Shown here: positions 9,252 through 18,778 of the stretch, piece by piece
Numbering within the stretch: position 1 is the stretch's first letter
How the letters are laid out: each line of letters begins with the position of its first letter
Assembly: GCF_965204015.1 (NCBI RefSeq)
Contig: NZ_OZ241965.1
Location: forward strand, 375,991 to 439,990
From: Candidatus Poriferisocius sp.
GTDB taxonomy: Bacteria; Actinomycetota; Acidimicrobiia; Acidimicrobiales; Bin134
DNA: 64,000 nt
Direction: 5' to 3'
The notes under the pieces: generated by a model
The model's input: the letters and a program-made list of their open reading frames with translations, nothing else
Told to the model about the DNA's origin: nothing
Databases searched by the model: none
Program-made: the position numbers and the translations under genes

Positions 9252-10192
9252 CCGCGGAGTAGCCGGTAGAGCCGGGAGAGATCCACGGGGAGCTCGGCCT
9301 CGAAGGAGAGCTGCTCGCCGGTGCTGGGATGGTCGAAAGCCAGCCGACGGGCGTGCAGTGCGGGGCGGCTGATGCCAAGAACGGTCGGGCCGCCGTAGAG
9401 ATCATCGCCCAGAACCGGGTGGCCGATGGCGGCCAAATGCACTCTGATCTGATGAGTTCGGCCTGTTTCCAACTCCAACTCCAAACAGGCGGTGTCATAC
9501 GGGACCGCCTCTTCGGACGGCTCGGAGCTGACCGGCATTCGAGCCGTCACCCGATAGTGAGTTCGGGCCGGACGACCGTCGGCGGTCACAGCCATCTTGA
9601 CGGGGTGCCGAGCTGAGCGACCCACGGGGGCGTCCACCACCCCCCGGTCATCGGCCGGCATCCCCGCCACGAGGGCGGTATAGCCCCGGTGCACCTCCCG
9701 GCCGCCCAACGCCGCGGTCAGCACCTCATAGCTATCCGGAGTACGGGCCACCATGAGCAGCCCCGAGGTGCCTCGGTCGAGCCGGTGGACGATGCCGGGG
9801 CGCTCCGGTGCACCGACCTCAGCGATTTCGGGGAATCGAGCGATCAGGCCGTTTACCAACGTCCCGGTTGCATGGCCCGGTCCAGGATGGACCACCAGAT
9901 CAGCGGGCTTGTTCACCACGATCACCTGTTGGTCGGCATACACCACTTCGATCTCCACTGAGTGATCAGGCGTCAGCGCTGGTCGGCCCACCGCGGGAAC
10001 CTCCGACAGCGTGATCCGATCGCCGGTGGCCATCCGCTGCGACCGTCCGGCCGCGGGGACACCGTTGACCGCCACCTTCTGGCCGTCAACCAGGCGGGCG
10101 GCCTCGGTTCGGCTGCATTCCCAAACCAGTGCGACCACCCGGTCGAGGCGCTCGCCGGCCAGCGCCTCGGGAACAACCTCCTCAGGCCTCAT
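9248..10192 (-). CDS. rluD: RluA-family 23S rRNA pseudouridine synthase with S4 domain
   Basis: 314 aa with an S4-like N-terminus and the HRLDRGTSGLLMVA catalytic motif. It sits downstream of lspA, as in other actinobacteria. Confidence 0.85.
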   Translation of the reverse strand: MRPEEVVPEALAGERLDRVVALVWECSRTEAARLVDGQKVAVNGVPAAGRSQRMATGDRITLSEVPAVGRPALTPDHSVEIEVVYADQQVIVVNKPADLVVHPGPGHATGTLVNGLIARFPEIAEVGAPERPGIVHRLDRGTSGLLMVARTPDSYEVLTAALGGREVHRGYTALVAGMPADDRGVVDAPVGRSARHPVKMAVTADGRPARTHYRVTARMPVSSEPSEEAVPYDTACLELELETGRTHQIRVHLAAIGHPVLGDDLYGGPTVLGISRPALHARRLAFDHPSTGEQLSFEAELPVDLSRLYRLLRG

Positions 10193-10724
10193 CAGCCTCG
10201 CCAGGATTGTCAGTCCCGTCGGCAGACTGGGGCTGGCGATAGCGGGGAGCGATCAGAACCAGGGCGATCCCGGCCACCACAATGGCGGAGTCAGCCGCAT
10301 TGAACACCGGCCACCACTGGAGGTCGATGAAGTCGACCACTGCCCCACCCAGAAATCCGTCGCCGGACCGCACCGCCCTGTCGGCCAGATTGCCGATGGC
10401 GCCACCCAGCACCATGCCCAGAAGCACCGGCGGCAGCGCCAGTCGGCGGCCTCCCCAGCTGGCCCATGCCACCACGATCACGAACAACAGGGCCACCACC
10501 GCGATCACGGTCTCCAAACCCTGGCCCACGCCAAAGGCGGCTCCGGTGTTGTGGACCAGATGAAGTCGCAAGGTCCAGACCAAATCGATGTCCCGGTCGC
10601 TCAGCGCCTCAAGTGCCCACCATTTGGTCAGTTGATCTACAGCCACCACGAAGGCGGCCACCCCCAACAAGACCAGATTGTGGCGGCGAGATCGGAGATC
10701 TGTCTCGGGGGTCTTAGAACCCAC
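10182..10724 (-). CDS. lspA: lipoprotein signal peptidase II
   Basis: The C-terminal 180 aa of the 256-aa ORF carry LspA motifs (DQLTKWWA, NTGAAFG, GGAIGNLADR, VVDFI, FNAADSAI). I trimmed the start to the GTG at 10724, just past the upstream gene's stop. Confidence 0.85.
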   Translation of the reverse strand: MGSKTPETDLRSRRHNLVLLGVAAFVVAVDQLTKWWALEALSDRDIDLVWTLRLHLVHNTGAAFGVGQGLETVIAVVALLFVIVVAWASWGGRRLALPPVLLGMVLGGAIGNLADRAVRSGDGFLGGAVVDFIDLQWWPVFNAADSAIVVAGIALVLIAPRYRQPQSADGTDNPGEADEA

Positions 10725-11202
10725 CGGCTTTATGCTCAACCCGCTCCGCCGCCCACGGAATGGCATTGAGACGCTGCCGGGGAATCGGCTTGCCCGAAAC
10801 CAGGCAGATGCCGTACGTGCCGTCGTCAATCCGAGCCAAGGCGGCGTCGATCTGATCGACCGCGGCGCGGGCATGGGCGCTGAGAGCCAGGTCCCGCTCC
10901 CGCTCCACCGCCAAGGTGTCGCCCTCGCCCGATTCCTCATCGAACTGGACATCTCCTGGTTCTCTCTCCTCTACCAGGGAATCGGCTTCGGCCTTTAGAC
11001 GGGTGGCGGAATCGATGTAGCGGCTGCGCTCCTCCAAAAGGAGCCGCCGCTGCTTGTCAAGGTACTTCTTGTCGAACAGCGGCTTCTTCGCCGCGGGCTT
11101 CTTCGCCGCGGGCTTTTTGGCCGCGGGCTTCTTCGCCGCGGGCTTGCTGCCGCCGGCCTTGCTCTTGGCAGATGTCTTTGGTGCGGTCTTCTTCGCAGCC
11201 AT
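10714..11202 (-). CDS. DksA/TraR-like protein with Lys/Ala-rich N-terminal tail and degenerate (one-Cys) zinc finger
   Basis: Coiled-coil region plus a C-terminal GTYGICLVSGKPIPRQRLNAIPWAAERVEHK, which resembles the DksA finger but keeps only 1 of 4 Cys. The N-terminus is AAKKTAPKTSAKSKAGGSKPAAKKPAAKKPAAKKPAAKKP. I prefer the ATG at 11202 over the TTG at 11235. Confidence 0.7.
   Translation of the reverse strand: MAAKKTAPKTSAKSKAGGSKPAAKKPAAKKPAAKKPAAKKPLFDKKYLDKQRRLLLEERSRYIDSATRLKAEADSLVEEREPGDVQFDEESGEGDTLAVERERDLALSAHARAAVDQIDAALARIDDGTYGICLVSGKPIPRQRLNAIPWAAERVEHKAGGF
11081..11155 (-). repeat. 15-bp tandem repeat x5 encoding (P)AAKK units
   Basis: ggcttcttcgccgcg is repeated at 11081, 11096, 11111 (variant), 11126 and 11141 (degenerate). 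Confidence 0.9.
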
Positions 11203-11311
11203 TGCAGGCGGCAGTGTAGCCGCCGCTGCCGCCAATTACTTTCAAATGGTCCAGGGAGGCTTAACAATGTCTGAACCGGCCCTAGGACGGGTTATTTTGT
11301 GATTTCCTGCC

Positions 11312-14300
11312 ATGCCTGGAGGCCCGTTGTCCGATCCGACCACCCCCTATTCCGAAGTGGACCCCAAACCCTCCTTCCCGGAGATCGAGCGGCGGGTGCT
11401 GGAATCGTGGAACCAGGACAAGACCTTCGCCCATTCGGTGCAGGTTCGGCCCGCGGGCGCCGACGGCGACAACGAGTACGTGTTCTACGACGGCCCCCCG
11501 TTCGCCAACGGACTCCCCCACCACGGGCACCTGCTTACCGGCTACGTGAAGGACGTGATCCCCCGCTACCACACCATGCGGGGCCGCCGGGTAGAGCGCC
11601 GTTTCGGATGGGACTGCCACGGCTTGCCCGCCGAGATGGAGGCCGAGAAGGAACTGGCGGTGTCGGGCCGGGCCGCCATCACTGCCTATGGCGTTGACCG
11701 CTTCAACGACTACTGCCGCCAATCGGTGCAGCGCTACACCCGGGAGTGGGAGACCACCGTGACCCGGCAGGCTCGCTGGGTGGACTTTGAGAACGACTAC
11801 AAGACCATGGACCTGCCCTATATGGAATCGGTCATGTGGGCGTTCAAGACGCTGTGGGACAAGGGCCTCGTCTATGAGGCCTACCGGGTGATGCCCTATT
11901 CGTGGGCGGCCGAGACCCCGCTGTCCAACTTCGAGATCCGCCTGGACGACGCCACCCGACCCCGGCAGGACCCTGCCATCACCGTGGCCTTCGATCTGAT
12001 GCCCGAGCCCGGCGACCCTGGGGCACTGCGCCTGCTGGCCTGGACCACCACCCCCTGGACCCTGCCATCCAATCTGATGCTGGTGGTGGGCCCGGAGGTG
12101 GAGTACGCCATCGTGGAGCACGACGACGGCCACGTCATTCTGGCTGCGGAAACGCTGGAGGCCTATGGGGCCGAGTTGGACCAGGGCCGGGTGGTGGGAA
12201 CCGTGGCCGGGACCGAGTTGATCGGGCGGCGCTACCAGCCACTTTTCGACTACTTCGCTCCCCTCATCTCAGACGGCGCCTTCCGGGTGGTGGGGGCCGA
12301 CTTCGTGGACACCGCCGAGGGCACCGGAGTTGTGCACGCGGCCCCTGGCTTCGGTGAAGAAGATCAGCTGGTAGCTGAGGCCAACGGCGTGCCCGTAGTG
12401 GTGCCGGTGGACGACCAGGGCTGCTTCACCGCCGACGTGTCCGACTGGTCAGGAACGAACGTTTTTGAGGCGAACAACGGCATCATCGCCCGGCTCAAGG
12501 AGCAAGGGCGTATCTTGCGCCACGCCACTTACGAGCACAACTATCCCCATTGCTGGCGCACCGACGAGCCGATCATCTACCGGGCGCTCAGCTCGTGGTA
12601 CGTGCGGGTCACCGAGATCCGCGACCGGATGCTGGCGTTGAACCAGCAGATCAACTGGGTGCCAGGCCATGTGCGCGACGGCCGGTTCGGCACCTGGCTG
12701 GAAGGGGCTCGCGATTGGTCGATCAGCCGGAACCGGTTCTGGGGTTCGCCCATCCCGGTGTGGCGCAGCGACAATCCCGAGTACCCCCGAGTCGACGTCT
12801 ACGGCAGCCTGGACGAGATCGAGCGGGATTTCGGGGTGCGACCAGTCGACTTGCACCGTCCGTTCATCGACGAGCTGACCCGGCCCAATCCCGACGACCC
12901 CACTGGCGCATCTGTCATGCGGCGGGTTCCCGAGGTGTTGGACTGCTGGTTTGAGTCGGGGTCGATGCCCTTCGCCCAGGTTCACTACCCGTTCGAAAAC
13001 AAGGAGTGGTTTGAGCACCACTTCCCGGCCGACTTCATCGTGGAGTACATCAACCAGACTCGGGGCTGGTTCTACACCCTCCACGTCCTGGCCTCCGCCC
13101 TGTTCGACCGGCCGGCGTTCAACAACGTGATCTGCCATGGCATCCTGCTCGACGCCAAGGGCCGGAAGCTGTCCAAAAAGCTCAGGAACTACACCGAGCC
13201 CGAGGAGATCTTCGAGACCAAGGGGGCTGACGCCCTGCGCTGGTACCTGATGGGCTCGCCCATCGTCCGGGGCGGCGACCTCCGCCTGGACGACTCGGGG
13301 ATCGACGACGTGCTCCGTCAGGTGATCATCCCAATCTGGAACGCCTATTACTTCTTCGCACTGTACGCCAATGCCGACGGCGTCCAGGCCAAGCCTCGAA
13401 CCGGCTCCGAGGAACTCTTGGACCGCTACATCCTGGCCAAGACCCGTCAGTTGGTCGAGGCAGTCACCCAGCGCATGGACGCCTACGACCTGCCTGGCGC
13501 GGCCTCCGAGCTGGAGGGGTTCATCGACTCCCTCAACAACTGGTACATCCGCCGCAGCCGAGACCGTTTCTGGGCGCCAGCCCGCCCGTCGTCGGCCGAC
13601 GACAAGCAAGACGCCTACGACACGCTGTACACCGTGCTCACCACCCTGACCCGACTGCTCGCCCCATTCCTGCCCCTGGTGTCCGAGGAGATCCACCGGG
13701 GACTCACGGGGGAGACGAGCGTCCACCTGTCCGATTGGCCCGACCCTGCCGAACTGCCAGCCGATCCTCAGTTGGCCGCGGCCATGGACCGGGCGCGTGA
13801 CGTGTGCTCCACTGGGCTGCGTGTGCGGGAGGACGAGGGGATACGGGTCCGCCAGCCCCTGCTGTCGCTCACCGTGGCCGGCCGGGAAGTGGACACCTTG
13901 GCGCCGTTCACCTATCTGATCGCTGATGAGGTGAACGTGAAGGAGGTTCTTCTCAGCCGCGACCTGACGGCCTACGGACAGTTTGTGCTCCGTCCCAACG
14001 GCCAAGTGCTGGGCCCCCGTCTGGGCCAGGATGTGCAGGAGGTGTTCGCCGCCGCCAAATCCGGCCGCTGGGAGCAAAGCCCCGACGGCACTGTCACGGT
14101 TGCCGGGCACACGTTGTCAGACACCGAGTTCGAACTGGCTCTCAACCCGGTTGAGGGCACCACAGCCGCCGCATTGCGCACCAACGATGCCCTGGTGGTC
14201 CTCGACACGGCCGTCAGCCCCGAACTGGCCGCCGAGGGGATAGCCCGAGATGTGGTCCGGGCGATCCAGGCCGAGCGCAAGAATCAAGACCTGGACGTCA

Positions 14301-14497
14301 CCGATCGGATCGCAGTGAAGCTGACTGCGGGAACGGAGATAGTTGAAGCCGTCAAGGTCCACCAGACTTACGTATGCGAACAAGTTCTGGCCGTCGGCGA
14401 TCTAGAGCTCATTGCCGCAGAGGTTGAGGCAGTGTCAGCCGGCGAATCGGATATAGACGCGGGTCGTTTGCAAGTCCACTTGGAAAGAGCTGAGTAG
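11312..14497 (+). CDS. ileS: isoleucine--tRNA ligase (long, type-2-like)
   Basis: 1061 aa with the HIGH region PPFANGLPHHGH, the KMSKS variant KLSKKL, and an editing-domain insertion. Confidence 0.97.
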   Translation: MPGGPLSDPTTPYSEVDPKPSFPEIERRVLESWNQDKTFAHSVQVRPAGADGDNEYVFYDGPPFANGLPHHGHLLTGYVKDVIPRYHTMRGRRVERRFGWDCHGLPAEMEAEKELAVSGRAAITAYGVDRFNDYCRQSVQRYTREWETTVTRQARWVDFENDYKTMDLPYMESVMWAFKTLWDKGLVYEAYRVMPYSWAAETPLSNFEIRLDDATRPRQDPAITVAFDLMPEPGDPGALRLLAWTTTPWTLPSNLMLVVGPEVEYAIVEHDDGHVILAAETLEAYGAELDQGRVVGTVAGTELIGRRYQPLFDYFAPLISDGAFRVVGADFVDTAEGTGVVHAAPGFGEEDQLVAEANGVPVVVPVDDQGCFTADVSDWSGTNVFEANNGIIARLKEQGRILRHATYEHNYPHCWRTDEPIIYRALSSWYVRVTEIRDRMLALNQQINWVPGHVRDGRFGTWLEGARDWSISRNRFWGSPIPVWRSDNPEYPRVDVYGSLDEIERDFGVRPVDLHRPFIDELTRPNPDDPTGASVMRRVPEVLDCWFESGSMPFAQVHYPFENKEWFEHHFPADFIVEYINQTRGWFYTLHVLASALFDRPAFNNVICHGILLDAKGRKLSKKLRNYTEPEEIFETKGADALRWYLMGSPIVRGGDLRLDDSGIDDVLRQVIIPIWNAYYFFALYANADGVQAKPRTGSEELLDRYILAKTRQLVEAVTQRMDAYDLPGAASELEGFIDSLNNWYIRRSRDRFWAPARPSSADDKQDAYDTLYTVLTTLTRLLAPFLPLVSEEIHRGLTGETSVHLSDWPDPAELPADPQLAAAMDRARDVCSTGLRVREDEGIRVRQPLLSLTVAGREVDTLAPFTYLIADEVNVKEVLLSRDLTAYGQFVLRPNGQVLGPRLGQDVQEVFAAAKSGRWEQSPDGTVTVAGHTLSDTEFELALNPVEGTTAAALRTNDALVVLDTAVSPELAAEGIARDVVRAIQAERKNQDLDVTDRIAVKLTAGTEIVEAVKVHQTYVCEQVLAVGDLELIAAEVEAVSAGESDIDAGRLQVHLERAE

Positions 14498-14509
14498 CGA
14501 TACAGAAAG

Positions 14510-15028
14510 TCAGCTGTTTTGGTAGTCGGTCTGCTCCATGCGGCGCCGTTCTTCGGCCGACACCTCCACGTTGGAAGGGGTCAGCAGATACACGTGGTCG
14601 GCGACACGCTCCATCCGGCCGTCCAGTCCATAGCAGAGACCGCTGGAGAAGTCGATAAGCCTCCGAGCCACCTCCCGGCTGCCGTGCTGCAGGTTCACGA
14701 TGACCGCCTGACCACCTCGGAAGCAGTCTCCCACGTCTTTTGCATCGTCAAACGAGGTGGGAGTCACCACTGACGGTTTGGAAGAAACCGAGGGTATGGG
14801 ACGGACAAAGCTGGTGTGGGGCTGGTCGCCCCTGGCCTCGCCCTCAGCCGGCTCGCTCGACGGTATCGGTCGAACCGAGCCGGTATCGCCTCCCGGCGAA
14901 TACTGGTCCTCGGATGTCGGCGCCACGAGGCGCATGTCGGGCTCCTGCTCCATGTAGCCCCCGGAGGGAAACTCCTCCTCCGTCCCGAACCCGAGCCAAA
15001 ACTTTGTTTTCTGCCACATGGATGACAT
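14510..15028 (-). CDS. sepF: cell division protein SepF
   Basis: The start is trimmed to MSSMWQKTKFWLGFG. A Pro/Ser-rich linker follows, then the conserved C-terminal domain (VVTPTSFDDAKDVGDCFRGGQAVIVNLQ...RLIDFSSGLCYGLDGRMERV). Confidence 0.85.
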   Translation of the reverse strand: MSSMWQKTKFWLGFGTEEEFPSGGYMEQEPDMRLVAPTSEDQYSPGGDTGSVRPIPSSEPAEGEARGDQPHTSFVRPIPSVSSKPSVVTPTSFDDAKDVGDCFRGGQAVIVNLQHGSREVARRLIDFSSGLCYGLDGRMERVADHVYLLTPSNVEVSAEERRRMEQTDYQNS

Positions 15029-15143
15029 AGGCGCATCCCCCTCTCGGCAGTCGCTCACTTGATCCTGTCGATGGTACAGGAAGCAGCCCCCGAATCGGGG
15101 ACAGAGGGTTCTGACCCCTCTCCCCTGAGCAGCGTTGAAACCC

Positions 15144-15815
15144 TCAGCGAGGGCGAGGGCCGAACAGCGCGGTGCCCACCCTGACCATGGTGGCACCCTC
15201 CTCCACCGCGATTTCGATGTCGCCACTCATGCCCATAGACAGCTCAGAAAGGCCAAGATCAGCGGCTTGGGTCGCCAGCAGTCGGAAACCAGGACGAGCG
15301 CGCTCTGGAGGGCCGGGCTCTCCCACCGCCATCAGGCCCACGACTTCGAGACCGGCCCGCTGGCAGCCAGTGACCAGTTGAGCGGTGTCTGTTGGCGGGC
15401 ATCCCCCGCGTTCTCCAATGCCGGCGACGTCCACTTGGACCAGGACGCGGGCACCCGGTGCCCGCCGGGCGATCTCGACCCCAGCCTCAATGCGGTCCAC
15501 GCTTTGCCACAAGTCCACGAGGTGGGCGATCTTGCGGATCTTGTTGCGCTGGAGCCGGCCGATGAAGTGCCAGCGAGGTCGGATCTCGGCGTCCAACTCT
15601 TCACTGACACCGTCCGCTTTGGCCAGCAGTTCCTGGGCATAGTTCTCCCCCACATCCATAAGCCCGGCGCCCACCGCGGCGACCACCGTCTCGGGGCCGA
15701 AGCCCTTGGTCACAGCCACCACCTGCACTTGATCGCCCCCGACGCGAGCCAGCCGCTCTCGCAGGGCGCCCAAGTGCTGCGTGACTTCTGACGCGCTGGT
15801 CACGGGATCGGCCAA
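15144..15815 (-). CDS. yggS: YggS-family pyridoxal-phosphate homeostasis protein
   Basis: 223 aa with VVAVTKGF (PLP Lys context), GENYAQEL, HFIGRLQRNK and LSMGMSGD motifs. It lies directly downstream of ftsZ. Confidence 0.85.
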   Translation of the reverse strand: MADPVTSASEVTQHLGALRERLARVGGDQVQVVAVTKGFGPETVVAAVGAGLMDVGENYAQELLAKADGVSEELDAEIRPRWHFIGRLQRNKIRKIAHLVDLWQSVDRIEAGVEIARRAPGARVLVQVDVAGIGERGGCPPTDTAQLVTGCQRAGLEVVGLMAVGEPGPPERARPGFRLLATQAADLGLSELSMGMSGDIEIAVEEGATMVRVGTALFGPRPR

Positions 15816-15833
15816 CCGAGGCCGGCCATCGGG

Positions 15834-16919
15834 CTACCGAAGGAAGGAGGGGATGTCGAACTCGTCGTCGACATCGGAGGCCAACAGATCGTCGTCTGCT
15901 CCACCGAACACATCGGCCACGTCCGACGGACCCGCAGATTCGGAAACCGACATCCGAGTGGCTCGCTCGCCTTCCCACCGGTCGAATCCGGCGGCGATCA
16001 CCGTCACTCGGATGTGGTCGCCCATCGAATCGTCCACCACCGTGCCGAAGATGATATTGGCGTCGGGATGGGCAACTCCCTGGACGATCTCCGCGGCCTC
16101 GTTCACTTCGAAGATGCCCAGATCTGGACCGCCTGAGATACTCAGCAGGATCCCGCGGGCACCCTCGATGGAGGCTTCGAGCAGCGGGCTGGCGATGGCC
16201 TTGCGGGCCGCGCTGGCCGCCCGCCCCTCGCCGGAGGAGATGCCGACGCCCATGAGCGCCGACCCGGCGTCCTGCATCACCATCCGCACATCGGCGAAGT
16301 CGGTGTTGATGAGCCCCGGGGTGGTGATCAGGTCAGTGATCCCCTGCACTCCGTGCAGCAGCACCTCGTCGGCCTTGCGGAACGCGTCCACAACCGAGGT
16401 GTGGTCGTCAGAGATGGAGAGCAGCCGGTCGTTGGGGATGACGATCTGGGTATCGACCTTGTCCCTGAGGGCCTGGATCCCGCCCTCGGCCTGCACCGAG
16501 CGGCGCCGGCCCTCAAAGCCGAATGGCCGAGTCACCACCGCGATGGTGAGCGCGCCGATGCTCTTGGAGATCTCTGCGATGACCGGGGCAGCCCCGGTTC
16601 CGGTGCCGCCTCCCTCGCCCGCGGTGATGAACACCATGTCGGCGCCGCTGAGCGCCTCTTCGATGTCCTTGCGGTGATCGGTCGCCGCCTGGGCGCCGAC
16701 TTCGGGATCGCTGCCTGCGCCCAACCCTCGAGTCAACTCTCGACCAATGTCGAGCTTGACCTCGGCTGAACTCATGAGCAGAGCCTGAGCGTCGGTGTTG
16801 ACAGCTACGAACTCGACGCCGCGCAAGCCAGCTTCAATCATGCGGTCAACCGCGTTGACACCGCCGCCGCCCACGCCAATGACCTTGATGACTGCCAAGT
16901 AGTTCTGGGGTTCAATCAT
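15834..16919 (-). CDS. ftsZ: cell division GTPase FtsZ
   Basis: 361 aa with the GGGTGTG tubulin signature, NTDAQAL, and the C-terminal peptide [11 protein letters not shown]. Confidence 0.98.
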   Translation of the reverse strand: MIEPQNYLAVIKVIGVGGGGVNAVDRMIEAGLRGVEFVAVNTDAQALLMSSAEVKLDIGRELTRGLGAGSDPEVGAQAATDHRKDIEEALSGADMVFITAGEGGGTGTGAAPVIAEISKSIGALTIAVVTRPFGFEGRRRSVQAEGGIQALRDKVDTQIVIPNDRLLSISDDHTSVVDAFRKADEVLLHGVQGITDLITTPGLINTDFADVRMVMQDAGSALMGVGISSGEGRAASAARKAIASPLLEASIEGARGILLSISGGPDLGIFEVNEAAEIVQGVAHPDANIIFGTVVDDSMGDHIRVTVIAAGFDRWEGERATRMSVSESAGPSDVADVFGGADDDLLASDVDDEFDIPSFLR

Positions 16920-17025
16920 GGGGATTCCTCACTCCAAAGCTCAAACCTTCACTCTCAACAAACGGTTTATCTGAATGAGAGATTGAGGCTTTAGAACCTA
17001 TTCCTCTAGTTGAGGTATATCTAGC
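16920..17025 (-). promoter_or_regulatory. AT-rich ftsQ-ftsZ spacer, probable internal ftsZ promoter/leader
   Basis: The only long non-overlapping junction inside the dcw cluster. It is visibly AT-rich against the GC-rich background and has several TANNNT-like hexamers on the minus strand. GGAGTGAGGA lies before the ftsZ ATG. Confidence 0.35.
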
Positions 17026-17829
17026 TTAAGGGCAGGCGTCCTTTGGGGTCAAGCTCGGAAGCTCAGGGACGCTCAGATCGATCTTCTGCAACCGCTCCAA
17101 ACAGTCTTCGTCGACGACTCTGGCCAACATAGTGGCCAGCGCAACCGCCTTCCCGCGCGGGTCGTCTCGGCCTCCCCATAAGACCTCCCCTCCTCCGGGA
17201 AGATCCACAATCACCTGCCCGTTCACCAAAGAAATCGACCCGATGTCCTCCCCTTGAAGAGGTATCAAAGCCTCGCTGGCCTCCAAGAGGGGCAGGGCGG
17301 CACTTCGCAGCCACCCCCCTGGTTGGGGAACCGGGCTGATCAACACCACCGGCAGGTTGGCAGAAGTCGTGGTGACTTCGAGCACTCTTCCCTGGCCATC
17401 AGCCAGCGCCCATCCCTCATCCACAGGGATCTGGGCCACTGCTTCTCGCTCAGTGACATCGAAGGTGACCTTTCCCCCCCAGGTCCGGCTGGACCGAACT
17501 TGATCCACCCACGGCAGGGCGGCAATGGACTTTCGGGGACCCGACAAATCCAGCCCCAAGAGCGGGGTTCCCACCTCTACCCCCGCGGCCTCCAAGATCT
17601 GGTCAGCGCCCGTGCGCGGCCCGCCGATGACCTCGATCTCGTCCACATCCAGAAGAGGACTCTGGGAAATCCCGAAGCCCGCGGCCACCAAGACAAAGGC
17701 AACCCCCACGGTGATCCATACCCGAAGCCGGCGACGGGTCCGAACGTCATTGCGCCGAGCCTCGATCCGGGGATCAACCGGAGGGAGCTGATCTTTGTGC
17801 TTGTCTTCAGGTGTCTGATCCGAGGACAT
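17026..17829 (-). CDS. ftsQ: cell division protein FtsQ (POTRA domain)
   Basis: The start is trimmed to the ATG at 17829, 1 nt after the murB stop. It has a basic N-terminus, a single TM (VWITVGVAFVLVAAGFGI) and a POTRA-like segment (LLDVDEIEVIGG). Confidence 0.8.
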   Translation of the reverse strand: MSSDQTPEDKHKDQLPPVDPRIEARRNDVRTRRRLRVWITVGVAFVLVAAGFGISQSPLLDVDEIEVIGGPRTGADQILEAAGVEVGTPLLGLDLSGPRKSIAALPWVDQVRSSRTWGGKVTFDVTEREAVAQIPVDEGWALADGQGRVLEVTTTSANLPVVLISPVPQPGGWLRSAALPLLEASEALIPLQGEDIGSISLVNGQVIVDLPGGGEVLWGGRDDPRGKAVALATMLARVVDEDCLERLQKIDLSVPELPSLTPKDACP

Positions 17830-17830
17830 C

Positions 17831-18778
17831 TCAGCCTGCCTGATCACTCCACGGGCCTGAACCGAAACCGATGAGACGGGTCTCTGGCTGCAATGAGACT
17901 CCGGACCTCTCCTGGACTTGCGCGAAGACATCGCACATCAGCGCGAAGACATCGTCGGCCGAGCCATCCCGGTCGGCGACGAAGAAGTTGGCGTGCTTGT
18001 CTGAGACCGAGGCAGTGCCCACCCGGCGCCCTTTCAAGCCCGCGGCGTCGATGATCCGCCCGGCGTGGTCGCCGGGGGGGTTGGTGAACACGGAGCCTGC
18101 ATTCTGTCCTCCGGGCTGATTCTCGCGCCTCCACGCCACTATGTCGGCAATGAGGGCCTGCGAGGCTGCCTCGTCCCCTGTGGCCAACCCCATTTCGGCC
18201 CACACAACCAAGTGGTGGTCGGCCAACGCGGAGCTCCGGTAACCCAGCTTGAGCCGCTCCACATCCCACTGCTCCACACCGCCGACTCCTAGATCGACCA
18301 CTTCGGCCCGGATCAGGGATGCGGCCATGTCGGCACCGTGCCCACCAGCGTTCATGCGGACCCCGCCTCCCAATGAACCCGGCACCCCAACCGCCCACTC
18401 GAAGCCGGTCAACCCGGCAGCCGCGCTCCGGCGGGCCAACACCGGAAGCCCAGCCGCAGCCCCGGCCCTGAGCCGCTGGCCATCGACCTCTACCCAGTCG
18501 TGCCCGGCGCCCAGCCCCACGGCCACGCCGTCGAATCCGGCGTCAGCCACCAGCAAGTTGGAACCCTTGCCCACCACCAGCACAGCTGTGCGGTGGGCGG
18601 CCAGTGTCTCGGCCACCGCGGTCAAGTCGACGTCAACGGCGAGGGTCGCACCGACCCGAGCCGCGCCCCCCACCCGGTAGGTGGTGTCGGGACCGATCGG
18701 GTGTTCTCGGCTCACCGCTTCTGACCCCAGAACCTCAGCCAGATCCTCAGCCAGCTGGCCCCAGTCGCAGATGCTCAT
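17831..18778 (-). CDS. murB: UDP-N-acetylenolpyruvoylglucosamine reductase
   Basis: 315 aa with an FAD-binding region (TYRVGGAA...VVGKGSNLLV) and GSVFTNP / ...KHANFFV motifs. Confidence 0.9.
   Translation of the reverse strand: MSICDWGQLAEDLAEVLGSEAVSREHPIGPDTTYRVGGAARVGATLAVDVDLTAVAETLAAHRTAVLVVGKGSNLLVADAGFDGVAVGLGAGHDWVEVDGQRLRAGAAAGLPVLARRSAAAGLTGFEWAVGVPGSLGGGVRMNAGGHGADMAASLIRAEVVDLGVGGVEQWDVERLKLGYRSSALADHHLVVWAEMGLATGDEAASQALIADIVAWRRENQPGGQNAGSVFTNPPGDHAGRIIDAAGLKGRRVGTASVSDKHANFFVADRDGSADDVFALMCDVFAQVQERSGVSLQPETRLIGFGSGPWSDQAG

Noticed and set aside
11203-11311. A possible T-box leader upstream of ileS, as is known for actinobacterial ileS genes.
   Set aside because: Only about 110 nt are available, and they are shared with a divergent promoter. 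I could find no T-box-like conserved sequence or specifier/antiterminator architecture by eye. A covariance-model scan would settle it.
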